From Chamaesiphon sp. (GTDB taxonomy: Bacteria > Cyanobacteriota > Cyanobacteriia > Cyanobacteriales > Chamaesiphonaceae), in the NCBI GenBank assembly GCA_965246715.1, contig CBDFFH010000015.1:352001-416000 (forward strand): a DNA stretch of 64,000 nucleotides, in the 5' to 3' direction. Positions 9,806 through 20,393 of the stretch are shown here, piece after piece. A model generated the notes under the pieces. It was not told the origin of the DNA. It did no database searches and was given only the letters and a program-made list of their open reading frames with translations. A program made the translations under genes and the position numbers. Within the stretch, counting starts at the first letter, position 1; every line of letters starts with the position of its first letter.

Positions 9806-10249
9806 TTACCTGGGTGAATTCGTCGGTCGTGGGGACAGCGTCGGCAAGGTTGTCGAGCCGCGTTCGGGAACTGGGATATTCACGTACCAATCGATCGGAT
9901 TTTCACCTGTAAACTGCACGCGTTTGGGATTGAGCGTATATCCTGGTTGTAGTTCTAGGACTAGTCTAGCAGTACCCCCGTCAAACTGACCTACTCGTAA
10001 TGACCTAAAATTGCCAGTTAATTTTTGGGTGATTGTCGATTTAGGAAAGCTAATACCAGGGAGGTCGATCACCAACCTTGTGGGATTAAATAACAGTACT
10101 GCTTTAGGTTGGACTCCCGCATCAGTCTTAAAATCTAGTCTATTCTTAGTCGGATCGAATTTCCACGATGCTAATTGACCTGCATCGGCAGGAATGGCTA
10201 GCAAGCCGAAACTAAAGACACTAATGAGTAATAGCCGAAATCTCTGCAT
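9806..10249 (-). CDS. Secreted AMIN-domain-only protein (amiC-like, no catalytic domain)
   Basis: ATG at 10249 with AAGGA RBS (ORF track extends to 10402); signal peptide then AMIN (FNPTRLVIDLP, LRVGQFD, ARLVLEL). Confidence 0.82.
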   Translation of the reverse strand: MQRFRLLLISVFSFGLLAIPADAGQLASWKFDPTKNRLDFKTDAGVQPKAVLLFNPTRLVIDLPGISFPKSTITQKLTGNFRSLRVGQFDGGTARLVLELQPGYTLNPKRVQFTGENPIDWYVNIPVPERGSTTLPTLSPRPTNSPR

Positions 10250-11061
10250 ATGCGATCCTTTAACGGTGGACTCGTTGGCGGAGCCTCTCCCCCAGAGAGT
10301 CGCCAGTAGCCGCTCGATCTGGCCTGGGGTAATTGCTTGCATTGTTTGACGACAAGAATAACGTGGGGAATTATCTTGCATAAAAGAACCGATTACTGGC
10401 ATTTATCTTAGATGAACTTAGATATCAGATTGTTTCTGTTTACTGCTAAAGATAAACATTTTGGGACTCTGTGGTAAGATACCACGAATCTGGTGCAGGG
10501 TTCTAAATTTGGGCGGGTTACTTACTCGGAGCAGCCGTTCAGTGGCAAAAGCCTCCTGGTACGAGCAGCGACTCGATCGACCTCACAGTTAGCCAACACC
10601 CGCAATTTCTAGTAGTTACCATCAGCTAATGAACATTAACTGATGGTAACTACCTCACCCCGTCATTTTGACTGTGAAACCGATCTGGTAGTTCCAAGTT
10701 AGTGACAGATTGAAAAGTCTATCTACAGAATTCCCAATTTTTACATCATTTAGCTCATTGCCGATTTTAGGCGATCGCTTGGAGGAAGAGGATAATCTAG
10801 ACTGAAGTGCGATTGAGACAAATAAACACTGGTTCTACGAATATTTAGCAGCGAGCACTGCTCGATCGGCAAGCATTAATAATGGTAAATAAAAGTAAAG
10901 CTATCTTCGTCAAAACCCGATCCCATCCCTATTTGCCCCATTTTTTCTGTAACATAGAAATCGATAAACCCAAGATCTCATTGTTGAGGCTGCGATCGTC
11001 AGACTCGACTGTGGCGATCGCTAACCCACTCCGACACAGCCCAAGCGGAAAAGGATCGTAA

Positions 11062-12966
11062 GTGAGCAACAAACAATCGGTGTTAAGCGAGTTACTGCGG
11101 CAAATGCCCCAACTGAAATCGCACTTGTACTTTAAATCGTCTCTCACTGCTCTATCTCACGCAATGGAAGATCGGGTCTTGGCAGGTACGGATCGGCCAT
11201 TGCTAATTGCCAGTTTTCAGCAGGAAAAGTTTTATCGGCAAGAAGCGCATCGATATCGGCGACTGGGCGAAATTAGCGAACAGGTGTATGTTCTCGCCGC
11301 CCCAGATACCCAATTTAGCGATCGCGGACAGGAATATGAATTGGTACCATTCGAGCGAACCGATGCGCTAGCTCACGAGTGGCATTTAGTTGCAATCGGT
11401 GCTCAGTCAGCAGCTTGTTTGATCTGTCGCGAAAAAATTGTCACTCAGTCAGAAGTCTCGGTCTTGCCAGAAATCGATCCGTCCCGCAGGTTTGAAGGAA
11501 TTTGGACATTCGATCGACAGGTAACGATTGCCGCAGCACATATCTTACTCGATCGCATTGGCAGTTATCGTCCCGATCTGGCAGCTAAAATCGCCCAGGC
11601 CAAGCAAGAATTTCTGATCGCTGTTCCTACAGTGCCACTCGACCATTCTGCCAGTGCAGATGCCTTTGTGCAGCGCCTGGTGACATATTTACAGGCCAGA
11701 CAGTATAAGTTGCTCAAGGCATATCGCGCGATCGAAGAAAAAGAAGAACGCGAACGACTGGTAAATTCGATCGCCAGTGCGATTCGGCGTTCGCTCAACT
11801 CCGCCGATATTCTCCAGATTGCCGCGCAGGAGCTAGGTAAAGCTACGGGCGTCAGTCGGTGTACGATCTATCAGTACCGCAAAGACGATCGCACCATCAC
11901 GATCGAACATGAATATCTAGCCGATCTGCAGTTGCCATCTTTGCTGGGTAAATCTTGGAACCTCGCCGACAATCCTCTCTTCAAAGCGATGGTCAAGACG
12001 CACGCATCGACTGCCTTGGCTGAAGTAACGATCTCCAAAACTTGGCAAAAGACGATCTCGAAACTCGGCATTACCGATTTACTAATCGTCCCAGTACTCC
12101 ATCAGGATCGGATCTTGGGGACGATCGAATTGCACAAAAACGATCCCTCATCGCTACCTTGGTCTGACGATACCATTTCGCTAGTCGAAGCGATCGCCAC
12201 TCAAATCGGTAGCACGCTAATTCAAGCCGAATCTTATACCAATTTAGAATATCTCAACCAGCAACTCGAAGCCCTCGATCGCACTCGGGCCAATTTAGTC
12301 GCCATTACCGGACACGAACTGCGAACGCCCCTATCGACGATCCAAGTCTGCCTAGAAAGTCTCGCCACCGAGCCAGATATGTCTTTAGAATTGCGGCAAG
12401 TCATGCTCAATACTGCCCTCGGCGATGCCGAGCGGATGCGGAAACTCGTCCAAGATTTTCTGACCCTCTCACAACTCGAAAGCGGTCGAATTCAATGGCA
12501 TCCCGAACCGCTATCCTTGGAAGAATGTATCGACTTAGCTCTAAGCGGCTTAAATACGCGACGGTACGATCGCGATTTACCAAAAATTGCTGTCAAGATT
12601 CCGGCGAATCTACCGTTCGTACGCGCAGATGGGGAATGGTTGGTGGAAGTGCTAACTAAATTGCTGGACAATGCCTGTAAATTTACCAACGGTAAAGATC
12701 GAATTAATATCGAAGCCTGTCGGGGTGAATCGACGATCGAAGTAATTGTCTCCGATACCGGACGCGGCATCGCCACAGAATCTTTGCAAGTTATCTTCGA
12801 GCGGTTTTATCAAGCCGAAGGCTCGTTGCGGCGGACGGCGGGAGGGACTGGCTTGGGACTAGCGATCTGTCGGCAAATTGTCACTAGTTGGGGTGGTGAA
12901 ATTTGGGCGGAATCAGCCGGCAAAGATCGGGGCAGTCAGTTTCACTTTACAGTGCCATCGATCTAG
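11062..12966 (+). CDS. DICT-GAF sensor histidine kinase
   Basis: DICT-like N-terminus (SHAMED, EWHLV, FEGIWTFD), GAF, H-box GHELRTPL, N-box LLDNACKF, DTGRGI, GTGLGL. Confidence 0.92.
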   Translation: MSNKQSVLSELLRQMPQLKSHLYFKSSLTALSHAMEDRVLAGTDRPLLIASFQQEKFYRQEAHRYRRLGEISEQVYVLAAPDTQFSDRGQEYELVPFERTDALAHEWHLVAIGAQSAACLICREKIVTQSEVSVLPEIDPSRRFEGIWTFDRQVTIAAAHILLDRIGSYRPDLAAKIAQAKQEFLIAVPTVPLDHSASADAFVQRLVTYLQARQYKLLKAYRAIEEKEERERLVNSIASAIRRSLNSADILQIAAQELGKATGVSRCTIYQYRKDDRTITIEHEYLADLQLPSLLGKSWNLADNPLFKAMVKTHASTALAEVTISKTWQKTISKLGITDLLIVPVLHQDRILGTIELHKNDPSSLPWSDDTISLVEAIATQIGSTLIQAESYTNLEYLNQQLEALDRTRANLVAITGHELRTPLSTIQVCLESLATEPDMSLELRQVMLNTALGDAERMRKLVQDFLTLSQLESGRIQWHPEPLSLEECIDLALSGLNTRRYDRDLPKIAVKIPANLPFVRADGEWLVEVLTKLLDNACKFTNGKDRINIEACRGESTIEVIVSDTGRGIATESLQVIFERFYQAEGSLRRTAGGTGLGLAICRQIVTSWGGEIWAESAGKDRGSQFHFTVPSI

Positions 12967-13064
12967 GGGATCGGGAATAGGGTTTAGGGGATAGGGGATA
13001 GCTCTATCGGCTCTCCAGCAGTTATGGTGATAATTTAAAGTTATCGTTTCCAAACTCTTATCTA

Positions 13065-13218
13065 ACCTAAGTTGCTACCTGCATATTGCCAACGACTGAA
13101 GTCGTGGCTAATGTTGCAAAGTCCGCCTACGCGGACTAAATATATCAGTCCGCGTAGGCGGACTTAGTATCATGAGCAGCGGTTTCTAACCGCTGAGGTT
13201 ATCGGCAGCAACTTGGGT
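13065..13218. mobile_element. MITE (154 bp) with AC...GT termini and 6-bp target duplication TATCTA; internal REP-like doublet
   Basis: Ends ACCTAAGTTGCTACC / GGCAGCAACTTGGGT; TATCTA at 13059-13064 and 13219-13224; AGTCCGCCTACGCGGACT...AGTCCGCGTAGGCGGACT inside. Confidence 0.8.
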
Positions 13219-13702
13219 TATCTAACAAGGATTTCACGTTGATGTTTGCAATGAGGCGATCGTCTTAGCGCCATTTTCCCCCATAAATCCAGGAGAGCCG
13301 CTCTATCTAGCTTTTTGATTCTCGATCGGCAAATAATTGCGATGTTTACAAAATGTCTATATATTGTGTGGCTGAAATGGGTAACTACTTTAATCTTATC
13401 TACTCCCTATCCCCTCTTCCCCAGAAAGAAGGATGAAGTATAAAGTCCGAAAGCAAAGTTAAATTGTGCTAGCAGTCTCTATACTTCAGAAAGCATCTAT
13501 CCCCATAGATTCAAGATACCCAGCCGAGTAAGCCAACTAACATCACAAGCGATTCTTAAGATTGAATTTAAATATGTAGTAGCAGGTCTGTAAAGTTGCG
13601 ATTTCTAGCGTAAACTACAAACTTAACAGCGATGATTTTGACCGACCGAGATCGAGCAAAATTATCCCCCCTACCTCTCTATCACCCCCCGATTTCATTG
13701 CT

Positions 13703-15463
13703 ATGACTACTACCCAATCATCGCAGTCCCGTTTTGTCTGGGCTGCCGAGCGGCAAACAACTTGGATTCCCGCTGACAGGCTAGTTGAAAATAGGTATCA
13801 TGTCATCTCGCCCCAATTGTGGTTGGATACCAAGCCGCAAGAGCCGCCAGATATATTACTGCCATTACCGAGTCAAGCCTTAGCTTACGCGCAACTGTAT
13901 CGATACAAACTCCATTTGCCACAACTTCACGGCTTTTGTTCTCTCAAAAGATCCGGTGAAGCACTTGAAATTCCGCTACTCGAAAATATTCCGATCGATC
14001 TAGATGGCAAATTGTTACCCAGTCTAGTTGATGCCTGGAGTACGGCAACACCACTTTATCAAGCATACTGGTTGTGGCAGGCGATCGATCTATGGGCACC
14101 GCTAGCTGGGACGGGTGTATTGGCGAGCTTAGCAGTAATGGACAATCTCCGCATCGATGGTTGGCGCTTGCGCCTATGCGAATTGATCCCAGATCGGGCA
14201 ACAGATCCTAAAGTCACGCTCGCGAAAGTCGGAATGTTGTGGTTGCAAACCCTCATCGGGGTCGCACCTGCAATTGACGAACGACTACGCGCTTTACTGA
14301 CTAAAATGCAAGCAGGAAAAGCTTCTTTGCGCGAGGTCTCCTACGAACTAAACCGCTTCATGCTCGAACAAGCCGCACAGTTACCCCTAGAATGGCAGAT
14401 TGCTGGCGGTACGGATGCCGGAGCCGCCCACACACATAATGAAGATTCTTATTACCCAACTCCCTTAGAACTGGCACAAGATACTACTGGGGGCAAAATT
14501 GCAATTATCTGCGATGGAGTTGCTGGACATGAAGGGGGTGAAGTTGCCAGTCAAATGGCCGTCAAATTACTTAAAATCCAAACCCAAATTTTGGTTGAGG
14601 ATCTGACAAACAGCCAGGAAATTATCACGCCCGAACAGATATGTAACACGATCGCGGCAATTATTCGGGTAGTTAATAATACGATTACCGTCCAAAATCA
14701 AAGTCAAGGACGCGAAGCACGGCGACGGATGGGAACGACGATGGTGATGGCTATGCAAGTCAACCAGCAGATTTATAACGATAACGGGGTTGGTAATTCA
14801 CATGAAATTTACATCGCGCATGTCGGCGATAGTAGGGCATACTGGATTACACCCGATCGCTGTCAATTACTGACGATCGATGATGATATCGCCACGCGCG
14901 AAGTCAAGCAAGGTCGAGATGTCCCCTGGCATAGTGCCAGCCGCCCCGACGCGACCGCGCTGACGCAAGCTTTGGGCATGAAGGAGGGAGAGATGATCCA
15001 TCCCACCGTCCAGCGCTTTATGGCGATCGAAGATGGGATCTTACTATTATGTTCTGATGGTTTGAGCGATCGCAATCTCGTGGAAAGCTCGTGGCAAGAA
15101 TACGCCCATCAGATCTTCGACACCGGTATCCCCCTCACCGAAGCAGTCCAATCTTGGCTGGCATTAGCCCACCAAAAAAATGGCGATGATAATATCTCGT
15201 TAGTGTTGATGTCTTGTCAGGTATCCCCGCCGAAATCGCATCACCACAGCAGTAAGATGGTAAAAGTCCAGCGAGATGAGTCGGAATTAGCTCGATCGGG
15301 TTCAGGCTCAAGATCGTTCGGTAATGTCGCAATCTCAACAATTCTACTGGTAGCAGGGGCGGTCGGATTACTAGCAGCAATGGTATTTGCCACTGGTGTG
15401 CTCCGTCCGGATGTGATGAAAACCGACAACGATACGCCCGAGCGAATCGATCGCCAAAAGTAG
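13703..15463 (+). CDS. PP2C/PPM-family Ser/Thr protein phosphatase with N-terminal extension and C-terminal TM helix
   Basis: NEDS, ICDGVAGHEGGEVAS, MGTT, HVGDSRAY, LCSDGLSD, DDNIS. Confidence 0.92.
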   Translation: MTTTQSSQSRFVWAAERQTTWIPADRLVENRYHVISPQLWLDTKPQEPPDILLPLPSQALAYAQLYRYKLHLPQLHGFCSLKRSGEALEIPLLENIPIDLDGKLLPSLVDAWSTATPLYQAYWLWQAIDLWAPLAGTGVLASLAVMDNLRIDGWRLRLCELIPDRATDPKVTLAKVGMLWLQTLIGVAPAIDERLRALLTKMQAGKASLREVSYELNRFMLEQAAQLPLEWQIAGGTDAGAAHTHNEDSYYPTPLELAQDTTGGKIAIICDGVAGHEGGEVASQMAVKLLKIQTQILVEDLTNSQEIITPEQICNTIAAIIRVVNNTITVQNQSQGREARRRMGTTMVMAMQVNQQIYNDNGVGNSHEIYIAHVGDSRAYWITPDRCQLLTIDDDIATREVKQGRDVPWHSASRPDATALTQALGMKEGEMIHPTVQRFMAIEDGILLLCSDGLSDRNLVESSWQEYAHQIFDTGIPLTEAVQSWLALAHQKNGDDNISLVLMSCQVSPPKSHHHSSKMVKVQRDESELARSGSGSRSFGNVAISTILLVAGAVGLLAAMVFATGVLRPDVMKTDNDTPERIDRQK

Positions 15464-15524
15464 CACTAAAATGTTTGATATTGGCACTGTTATTTCGATC
15501 GATAGTAATTATTATCGATCGAAT

Positions 15525-16442
15525 TTACAACTTATAAGCTCGATAAATTTTACTCGCAGCACGGTGTAAGAAAGAGTGCCGATAGACTAAACTATTCATG
15601 TCTTCCGCATACCCACCACCAATAACGCAGGCGACTGGACAGCCTCGTGAAACACAAGTATCGAGTACTTGTAAATCGCGATCGAAAATCCCATTATCTG
15701 TCAGTGCCAATTTCCCCAATCGATCGTTGATGTGCGGATCTACACCCGCATCATATAATACTAAATCCGGTTTTACCTGTGCAAGTAAATCCGGTAAATA
15801 CTCAGCTAAGGTTTTTAAATACTCTTTATCCTCCATCCCTTCTGGGAGTGGCACATCAAGATCGCTAGTTTGCTTAGTACCTGGGAAATTGACCCCACAG
15901 TGCATCGAGAAGGTAAACACACTCGGATCGCGTTGAAAAATCGCCGCCGTACCATCGCCTTGATGGACATCGAGATCGACGATCAGAATTTTTTTGACTA
16001 AGTCAGATTGTTGTAATACACGGGAAGCAATCGCCAGATCGTTAAAGATACAAAACCCCGAACCATAGGTAGGGAAAGCATGATGCGTTCCACCTGCCGT
16101 ATTACAAGCTAAGCCATATTCCAATGCTAATTTCGCAGTGAGAATCGAACCACCCAAGGCAATCCGAGTCCGATTGACTAACTCCGCACTCCAAGGTAAT
16201 CCAATCCGGCGCTGTGCTTTGGGGTCTAACGTTCCGGTATAGTAAGCCTGAATATAAGCAGGATCGTGGACTAATTCTAACCACTCTGTCGGTGGTAATG
16301 TCGGCGTAAATACTCGATCGAGTGTCGTTACCCCATCTGCAAGTAATAAGTCATGCAACAGCCGAAATTTTGCCATCGGAAAGCGATGACTATCTGGCAA
16401 CGGCGTAACATAATCAGCATGATAGACGATCGGGACAGACAA
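15525..16442 (-). CDS. Histone deacetylase family protein
   Basis: HRFPMAKF, GGTHHA, GFCIFND, DLDVHQGDG, AGVD, GGGY. Confidence 0.93.
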   Translation of the reverse strand: MSVPIVYHADYVTPLPDSHRFPMAKFRLLHDLLLADGVTTLDRVFTPTLPPTEWLELVHDPAYIQAYYTGTLDPKAQRRIGLPWSAELVNRTRIALGGSILTAKLALEYGLACNTAGGTHHAFPTYGSGFCIFNDLAIASRVLQQSDLVKKILIVDLDVHQGDGTAAIFQRDPSVFTFSMHCGVNFPGTKQTSDLDVPLPEGMEDKEYLKTLAEYLPDLLAQVKPDLVLYDAGVDPHINDRLGKLALTDNGIFDRDLQVLDTCVSRGCPVACVIGGGYAEDMNSLVYRHSFLHRAASKIYRAYKL

Positions 16443-16494
16443 GGGAATTATGAGTTATGAGTTAAAGAGCTATTAGTAAAGACAGATATAATTA

Positions 16495-16717
16495 ACGTCA
16501 GCACGGGTTAAGGATGTTGGCTTCGTTCTGGTACCGCCAACGATTAAAATCGTGGCTAGTGTTGCAAAGTCCGCCTTCGCGGACTGGAATATTAGTCTGC
16601 GAAGCGAAAAGTGCGGTCTTGGGGTTTCCCCAAGTAAAGCACCTTTTCAAGACAGGCAGACTTTGCATCATGAGCAGAGACTTCAGTCTCTAGGCTCTTC
16701 TCGACCCGAATTCACAT
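16495..16717. mobile_element. MITE (223 bp) with degenerate ACGTGAGTTCGGG-type ends and TAATTA target duplication; carries a nested ~51-bp hairpin repeat
   Basis: ACGTCAGCACGGGT...ACCCGAATTCACAT; TAATTA at 16489-16494 and 16718-16723; interior homologous to the 13065 element; insert about 16603-16653. Confidence 0.75.
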
Positions 16718-16729
16718 TAATTAATTACT

Positions 16730-17245
16730 CTACACTGCTGCGTTTGAATCGATCGGTCGGACAAAATTTAGAAGAATCCGAACGTTAGTACTCATCAATC
16801 CAAAAATAATCAGACAGGCGCGCAAGCAATTTTTCCAGAGATGCTGTTTTGCTTCGATCGATGAAGTTGAAACATCTACAGTATCAAGATATCGATCGGC
16901 TGCTACTCCAACTTCCATAGGTGGAAAGATAAAGGTAGAGACAAATGCAAACACAAAAGCAAGTATCCCCAGGTTAAAGATCCAGTTCCATCGATCGTTT
17001 TTTAATCTAAACTCTGGGATTTCTTTCGCTACATTACTCAGCCACACATTTGCTACAAAAATAGGTAATGCGATAAAATAGGCAACCTTTATGACTTGAG
17101 GCTCGATCGTAAATTGCAGTGGATCGAAATAAAGTTTAAATCCAAATAGTAATAGCACCCCGATCGCTGACAAAACATATACGATCGAACTAAAAACTAG
17201 CAGCGTTAAAGATATGACTTTAATTTTATTTAGGTCGATCGGCAT
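16730..17245 (-). CDS. Hypothetical multi-pass membrane protein
   Basis: AT-rich ORF with about 4 hydrophobic segments; ATG at 17245 (ORF track starts at 17266). Confidence 0.6.
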   Translation of the reverse strand: MPIDLNKIKVISLTLLVFSSIVYVLSAIGVLLLFGFKLYFDPLQFTIEPQVIKVAYFIALPIFVANVWLSNVAKEIPEFRLKNDRWNWIFNLGILAFVFAFVSTFIFPPMEVGVAADRYLDTVDVSTSSIEAKQHLWKNCLRACLIIFGLMSTNVRILLNFVRPIDSNAAV

Positions 17246-17329
17246 AGGGATTTTAGTTTGAAGCAATATAGATTAGACTTGACAACAGTAACATAGTCGG
17301 GATGCTCGCGATTGGAATTGGTACATTCC

Positions 17330-17390
17330 CGAATGGATGCTAGCCCAACTCGATCGCAAAAATCCCAAAACTCTTCACCAGGCTTGCGAT
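17330..17390 (-). repeat. Degenerate copy of the 3' end of sir (direct repeat of 18667-18727)
   Basis: CGAATGGATGCTAGCCCAACTCGATCGCAAAAATCCCAAAACTCTTCACCAGGCTTGCGAT vs CGAATGGATGCTAGCCCAACCCGATCGCAAAAATCACCAAAACCTTCATCTGGCTTACGAT. Confidence 0.88.
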
Positions 17391-17575
17391 GGCGTTCAAA
17401 ATCATGCGTTAGGTTGGGCGATCTAAAAAATTAGCTACTAAATTGAGATCGATAGGCATCGATCCAGATGAGGAGTGAAGATCGACATTTTTGCTGTTGA
17501 GTTTGTATGGCTGATTCCTGTCTGTTATATTTAAGGTTCAATAACTTTAACGTCTTAAGCGTTTAGGGGAGCTTC

Positions 17576-17800
17576 ATGGACATCACAACCACTCTAAAAC
17601 AAATCGTTGCGCTGGATATCCAAGATCGAATTCGCCTAGTACAAGGCATCTTAGATAGTATTGCGGCAGAACAAGTCGATCTCGATCTTACAGAAGCCCA
17701 AAAGCAGGAACTCGATCGACGAATTGATGATTATGAAGCAAATCCTGATAATGTCATGACTTGGGCAGAAGTTAAAGCTTCGATTAAGGCACGAGCATGA
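17576..17800 (+). CDS. Addiction-module antitoxin (TIGR02574-like)
   Basis: DRIRLVQGILDSI...AQKQELDRRIDDYEANP...TWAEVK; ATGA overlap with the toxin. Confidence 0.88.
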   Translation: MDITTTLKQIVALDIQDRIRLVQGILDSIAAEQVDLDLTEAQKQELDRRIDDYEANPDNVMTWAEVKASIKARA

Positions 17801-18093
17801 ATTATGTATTGGTGTTCCGCTTAGAAGCTCGTAAAGAACTTGATGAAGTGTATATCTGGTATGAAAGTCAGCAACCAGGGCTAGGTGATGATTTTTTAGA
17901 GCAGGTTGAAGGGGTATTAGATCGAATTTGCCAGATGCCAGAGTCTTATCCTGCTGTTTATCGTGATATTCGGCGATCGATCGTGCGCCGCTTTCCCTAC
18001 ACTATTTACTATCGGATCGTATCGAGCCGAGTGATAATTACCGCAGTCTTTCATGGGCGCAGAGATCCAACAACTTGGCAGGCTCGAACCTAG
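17797..18093 (+). CDS. Type II toxin, RelE/ParE family
   Basis: ARKELDEVYIWYESQQPGLG, RRFPYTIYY, AVFHGRRDP. Confidence 0.9.
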   Translation: MNYVLVFRLEARKELDEVYIWYESQQPGLGDDFLEQVEGVLDRICQMPESYPAVYRDIRRSIVRRFPYTIYYRIVSSRVIITAVFHGRRDPTTWQART

Positions 18094-18154
18094 CAATCTA
18101 ATTGACATCCACCTATTGACGCTCCCCCGCAGTTAGGGTTCATGAAACTTGTGT

Positions 18155-18589
18155 ATGAATGGATTTAGATTACATGCAGTTGGCGAATTTTTTGATGTAG
18201 ATCGTTATCTAAGTCAATATAGCATTGACTATAATTCTATTTGGCATAGTGGGAAGAATTTATATACTAGTAGTGGCTTTGTCAAGTATCTTGGTAATGA
18301 ATTTAAATTAGATATTTACGAACAAGAAACGATTGCAATTAAATACCTACAACAAAATCGAGATGCGTTAAAGGCAGTAGTAGAGTGGGAAAATGTAGAA
18401 GCTGTCATCTTAGGTATAAGTCCAGAACTTCGGATTGACTCAAATACATGCTCTATATGTCTGTCTTTTTCTCCAATGCTTGTGAATTTAGCGGGGGAGA
18501 TTGGGTTGGAATTAGCTTTTTATGTAAGACCGTCTATCTCATATGATTATGAGTATGAGGTTGAAAGGATGCAAGGGGGTTGGCAATAA
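18155..18589 (+). CDS. Hypothetical protein, AT-rich
   Basis: About 144-aa ORF ending at the terminator shared with sir; family not recognised. Confidence 0.6.
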   Translation: MNGFRLHAVGEFFDVDRYLSQYSIDYNSIWHSGKNLYTSSGFVKYLGNEFKLDIYEQETIAIKYLQQNRDALKAVVEWENVEAVILGISPELRIDSNTCSICLSFSPMLVNLAGEIGLELAFYVRPSISYDYEYEVERMQGGWQ

Positions 18590-18604
18590 TACTCAACAGC
18601 CATC

Positions 18605-18639
18605 AAATTACCCTCTCCCGGTTTTGAAGAGGGTAATTT
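18605..18639. terminator. Terminator hairpin between convergent genes
   Basis: AAATTACCCTCT...AGAGGGTAATTT inverted repeat next to the sir stop. Confidence 0.7.
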
Positions 18640-18647
18640 TAACATCT

Positions 18648-20393
18648 CTAATGCTTACAAACTTCGCGAATGGATGCTAGCCCAACCCGATCGCAAAAAT
18701 CACCAAAACCTTCATCTGGCTTACGATCCTGCTTGAAGTAAGTCAGCATCGGTGTGAAGAAAGTTTCGAGATCGTTGATGTGCATCTTGTCGGTGTAGAC
18801 TTGCGCCAACCGCGTTTGTGCGGGACAGCCAGCCAACCATACCTGATAGGTTTCGGGGACGATCCCCACGAAGCCGACTTCTGCCATGTACGGACGCGCG
18901 CAACCGTTGGGGCAACCCGTCATCCGAATTACAAATTGCTCGTCAGTCAAACCTAATTTAGTCAGCAAGGCACGGAAACGCTCGTTGACGCTAGGAGCAA
19001 CCCGCTCGGATTCGGTGACGGCTAAACCGCAGGTAGGTAGGGCTGGGCAAGCCATCGAGTAACGGATGAGGCTATCGATTTTGCTGGGATCTGGCTCGAC
19101 ACCGTGGGTAATTAAAATTTTATCGATTTTAGCGCGATCGGCTGGATCGATATCGTACATTAGCACGTTTTGATGGGGTGTCACCCGCATCGGCATTTGA
19201 TACTGTTGGACGAGTTCGCGCAATGCAGTACGTAGCTTGAACGCACCATCATCTTTGATCCGTCCGTTGACGATCGATAAACCCAAGAATACCTTACCGT
19301 CCCCCTGTTCGTGCCAGCCCAAGAAGTCTAGATATTTGAAGGCTGGTAATGATTTGAGAGGTTCGATTTTTTTGCCGTAATATTCTTCGACTTTGGCGAT
19401 GAATTTTTCCACGCCCCAATCGTGGATCAGATACTTCATCCGTGCGTGACGGCGGTTGGTACGATCTCCATAATCGCGTTGGGTAGACACGATCGCTTTA
19501 ACTAGATCGTAGATATCATCTTTAGCGACATACCCGATCGGATCGGCAATTCTAGCAAATGTTTCTTCTTTATTATGCGTACGTCCTAATCCGCCACCAG
19601 CATAAATATTGAAGCCCAAAAGTTCGCTCTTGTCGTCGGTAATTACTACCAATCCCAAATCTTGGGAAAAAATATCGATCGAGTTATCGCCAGGTACCGT
19701 CACCGCACATTTAAACTTGCGGGGCATGTATTCAGCACCGTATAGCGGTTCTTCACCCTCAGTAAAAATGGTGTGGTTGAGATCTTTTTTCAGTGCGGCT
19801 TTGACTTCTGGGGATGGTTCGCCACTGATAGCTTTCTCGCCATCCAACCAGATCTCGTAATAAGCACCAGAATGCGGTGTGAGCAGATCGGCGATCCGCT
19901 CGCCATACTCGCGCGCATAGGTATACTCTGGCTTAGTATTAAATGGAGCTGGTGGAGTCATCACATTCCGGCTGACATCCCCGCACGCACCGAGGGTAGA
20001 ACCCATGTTCTGGACGATCGCCGCAATCGCTGGTTTGAGATTTTTCTTGAGGATGCCGTGCATCTGGAAGCCCTGGCGGGTAGTCGCGCGGATCGTCTCA
20101 TTACCGTAATCGCTCGCCAATCGATCGAGTGCCAAATATAGTTGTGGGGGAATAAATCCGCCCGGATTGCGCGTCCGCAGCATCATCGAGTAATCTTTTT
20201 CCTGTCCCTTGACACGGTTATCGCGATTATCTTGCTGGTAGGAACCGTGAAATTTGAGAATCTGAATCGCGTCTTCGCTGAAATAATTTGTATCTAATAG
20301 TAGTTCGCTAGCAACAGGTTCCCGCAGATAGTTACTGTCTGTCTTTAAATGTTCTACTTTAGAAAGCTTTTTTGGGGAGGAAGTATTAACCAT
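18648..20393 (-). CDS. sir: Ferredoxin-sulfite reductase
   Basis: [18 protein letters not shown], siroheme/4Fe-4S Cys motifs [11 protein letters not shown] and TGCPNGC. Confidence 0.95.
   Translation of the reverse strand: MVNTSSPKKLSKVEHLKTDSNYLREPVASELLLDTNYFSEDAIQILKFHGSYQQDNRDNRVKGQEKDYSMMLRTRNPGGFIPPQLYLALDRLASDYGNETIRATTRQGFQMHGILKKNLKPAIAAIVQNMGSTLGACGDVSRNVMTPPAPFNTKPEYTYAREYGERIADLLTPHSGAYYEIWLDGEKAISGEPSPEVKAALKKDLNHTIFTEGEEPLYGAEYMPRKFKCAVTVPGDNSIDIFSQDLGLVVITDDKSELLGFNIYAGGGLGRTHNKEETFARIADPIGYVAKDDIYDLVKAIVSTQRDYGDRTNRRHARMKYLIHDWGVEKFIAKVEEYYGKKIEPLKSLPAFKYLDFLGWHEQGDGKVFLGLSIVNGRIKDDGAFKLRTALRELVQQYQMPMRVTPHQNVLMYDIDPADRAKIDKILITHGVEPDPSKIDSLIRYSMACPALPTCGLAVTESERVAPSVNERFRALLTKLGLTDEQFVIRMTGCPNGCARPYMAEVGFVGIVPETYQVWLAGCPAQTRLAQVYTDKMHINDLETFFTPMLTYFKQDRKPDEGFGDFCDRVGLASIREVCKH

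Noticed and set aside
16552..16788. 78-aa plus-strand ORF
   Set aside because: It runs through the MITE and its nested repeat; spurious
17330..18727. Prophage or integrative element with its own integrase
   Set aside because: Only 1.4 kb with no recombinase or phage genes; kept only as a repeat-bounded islet
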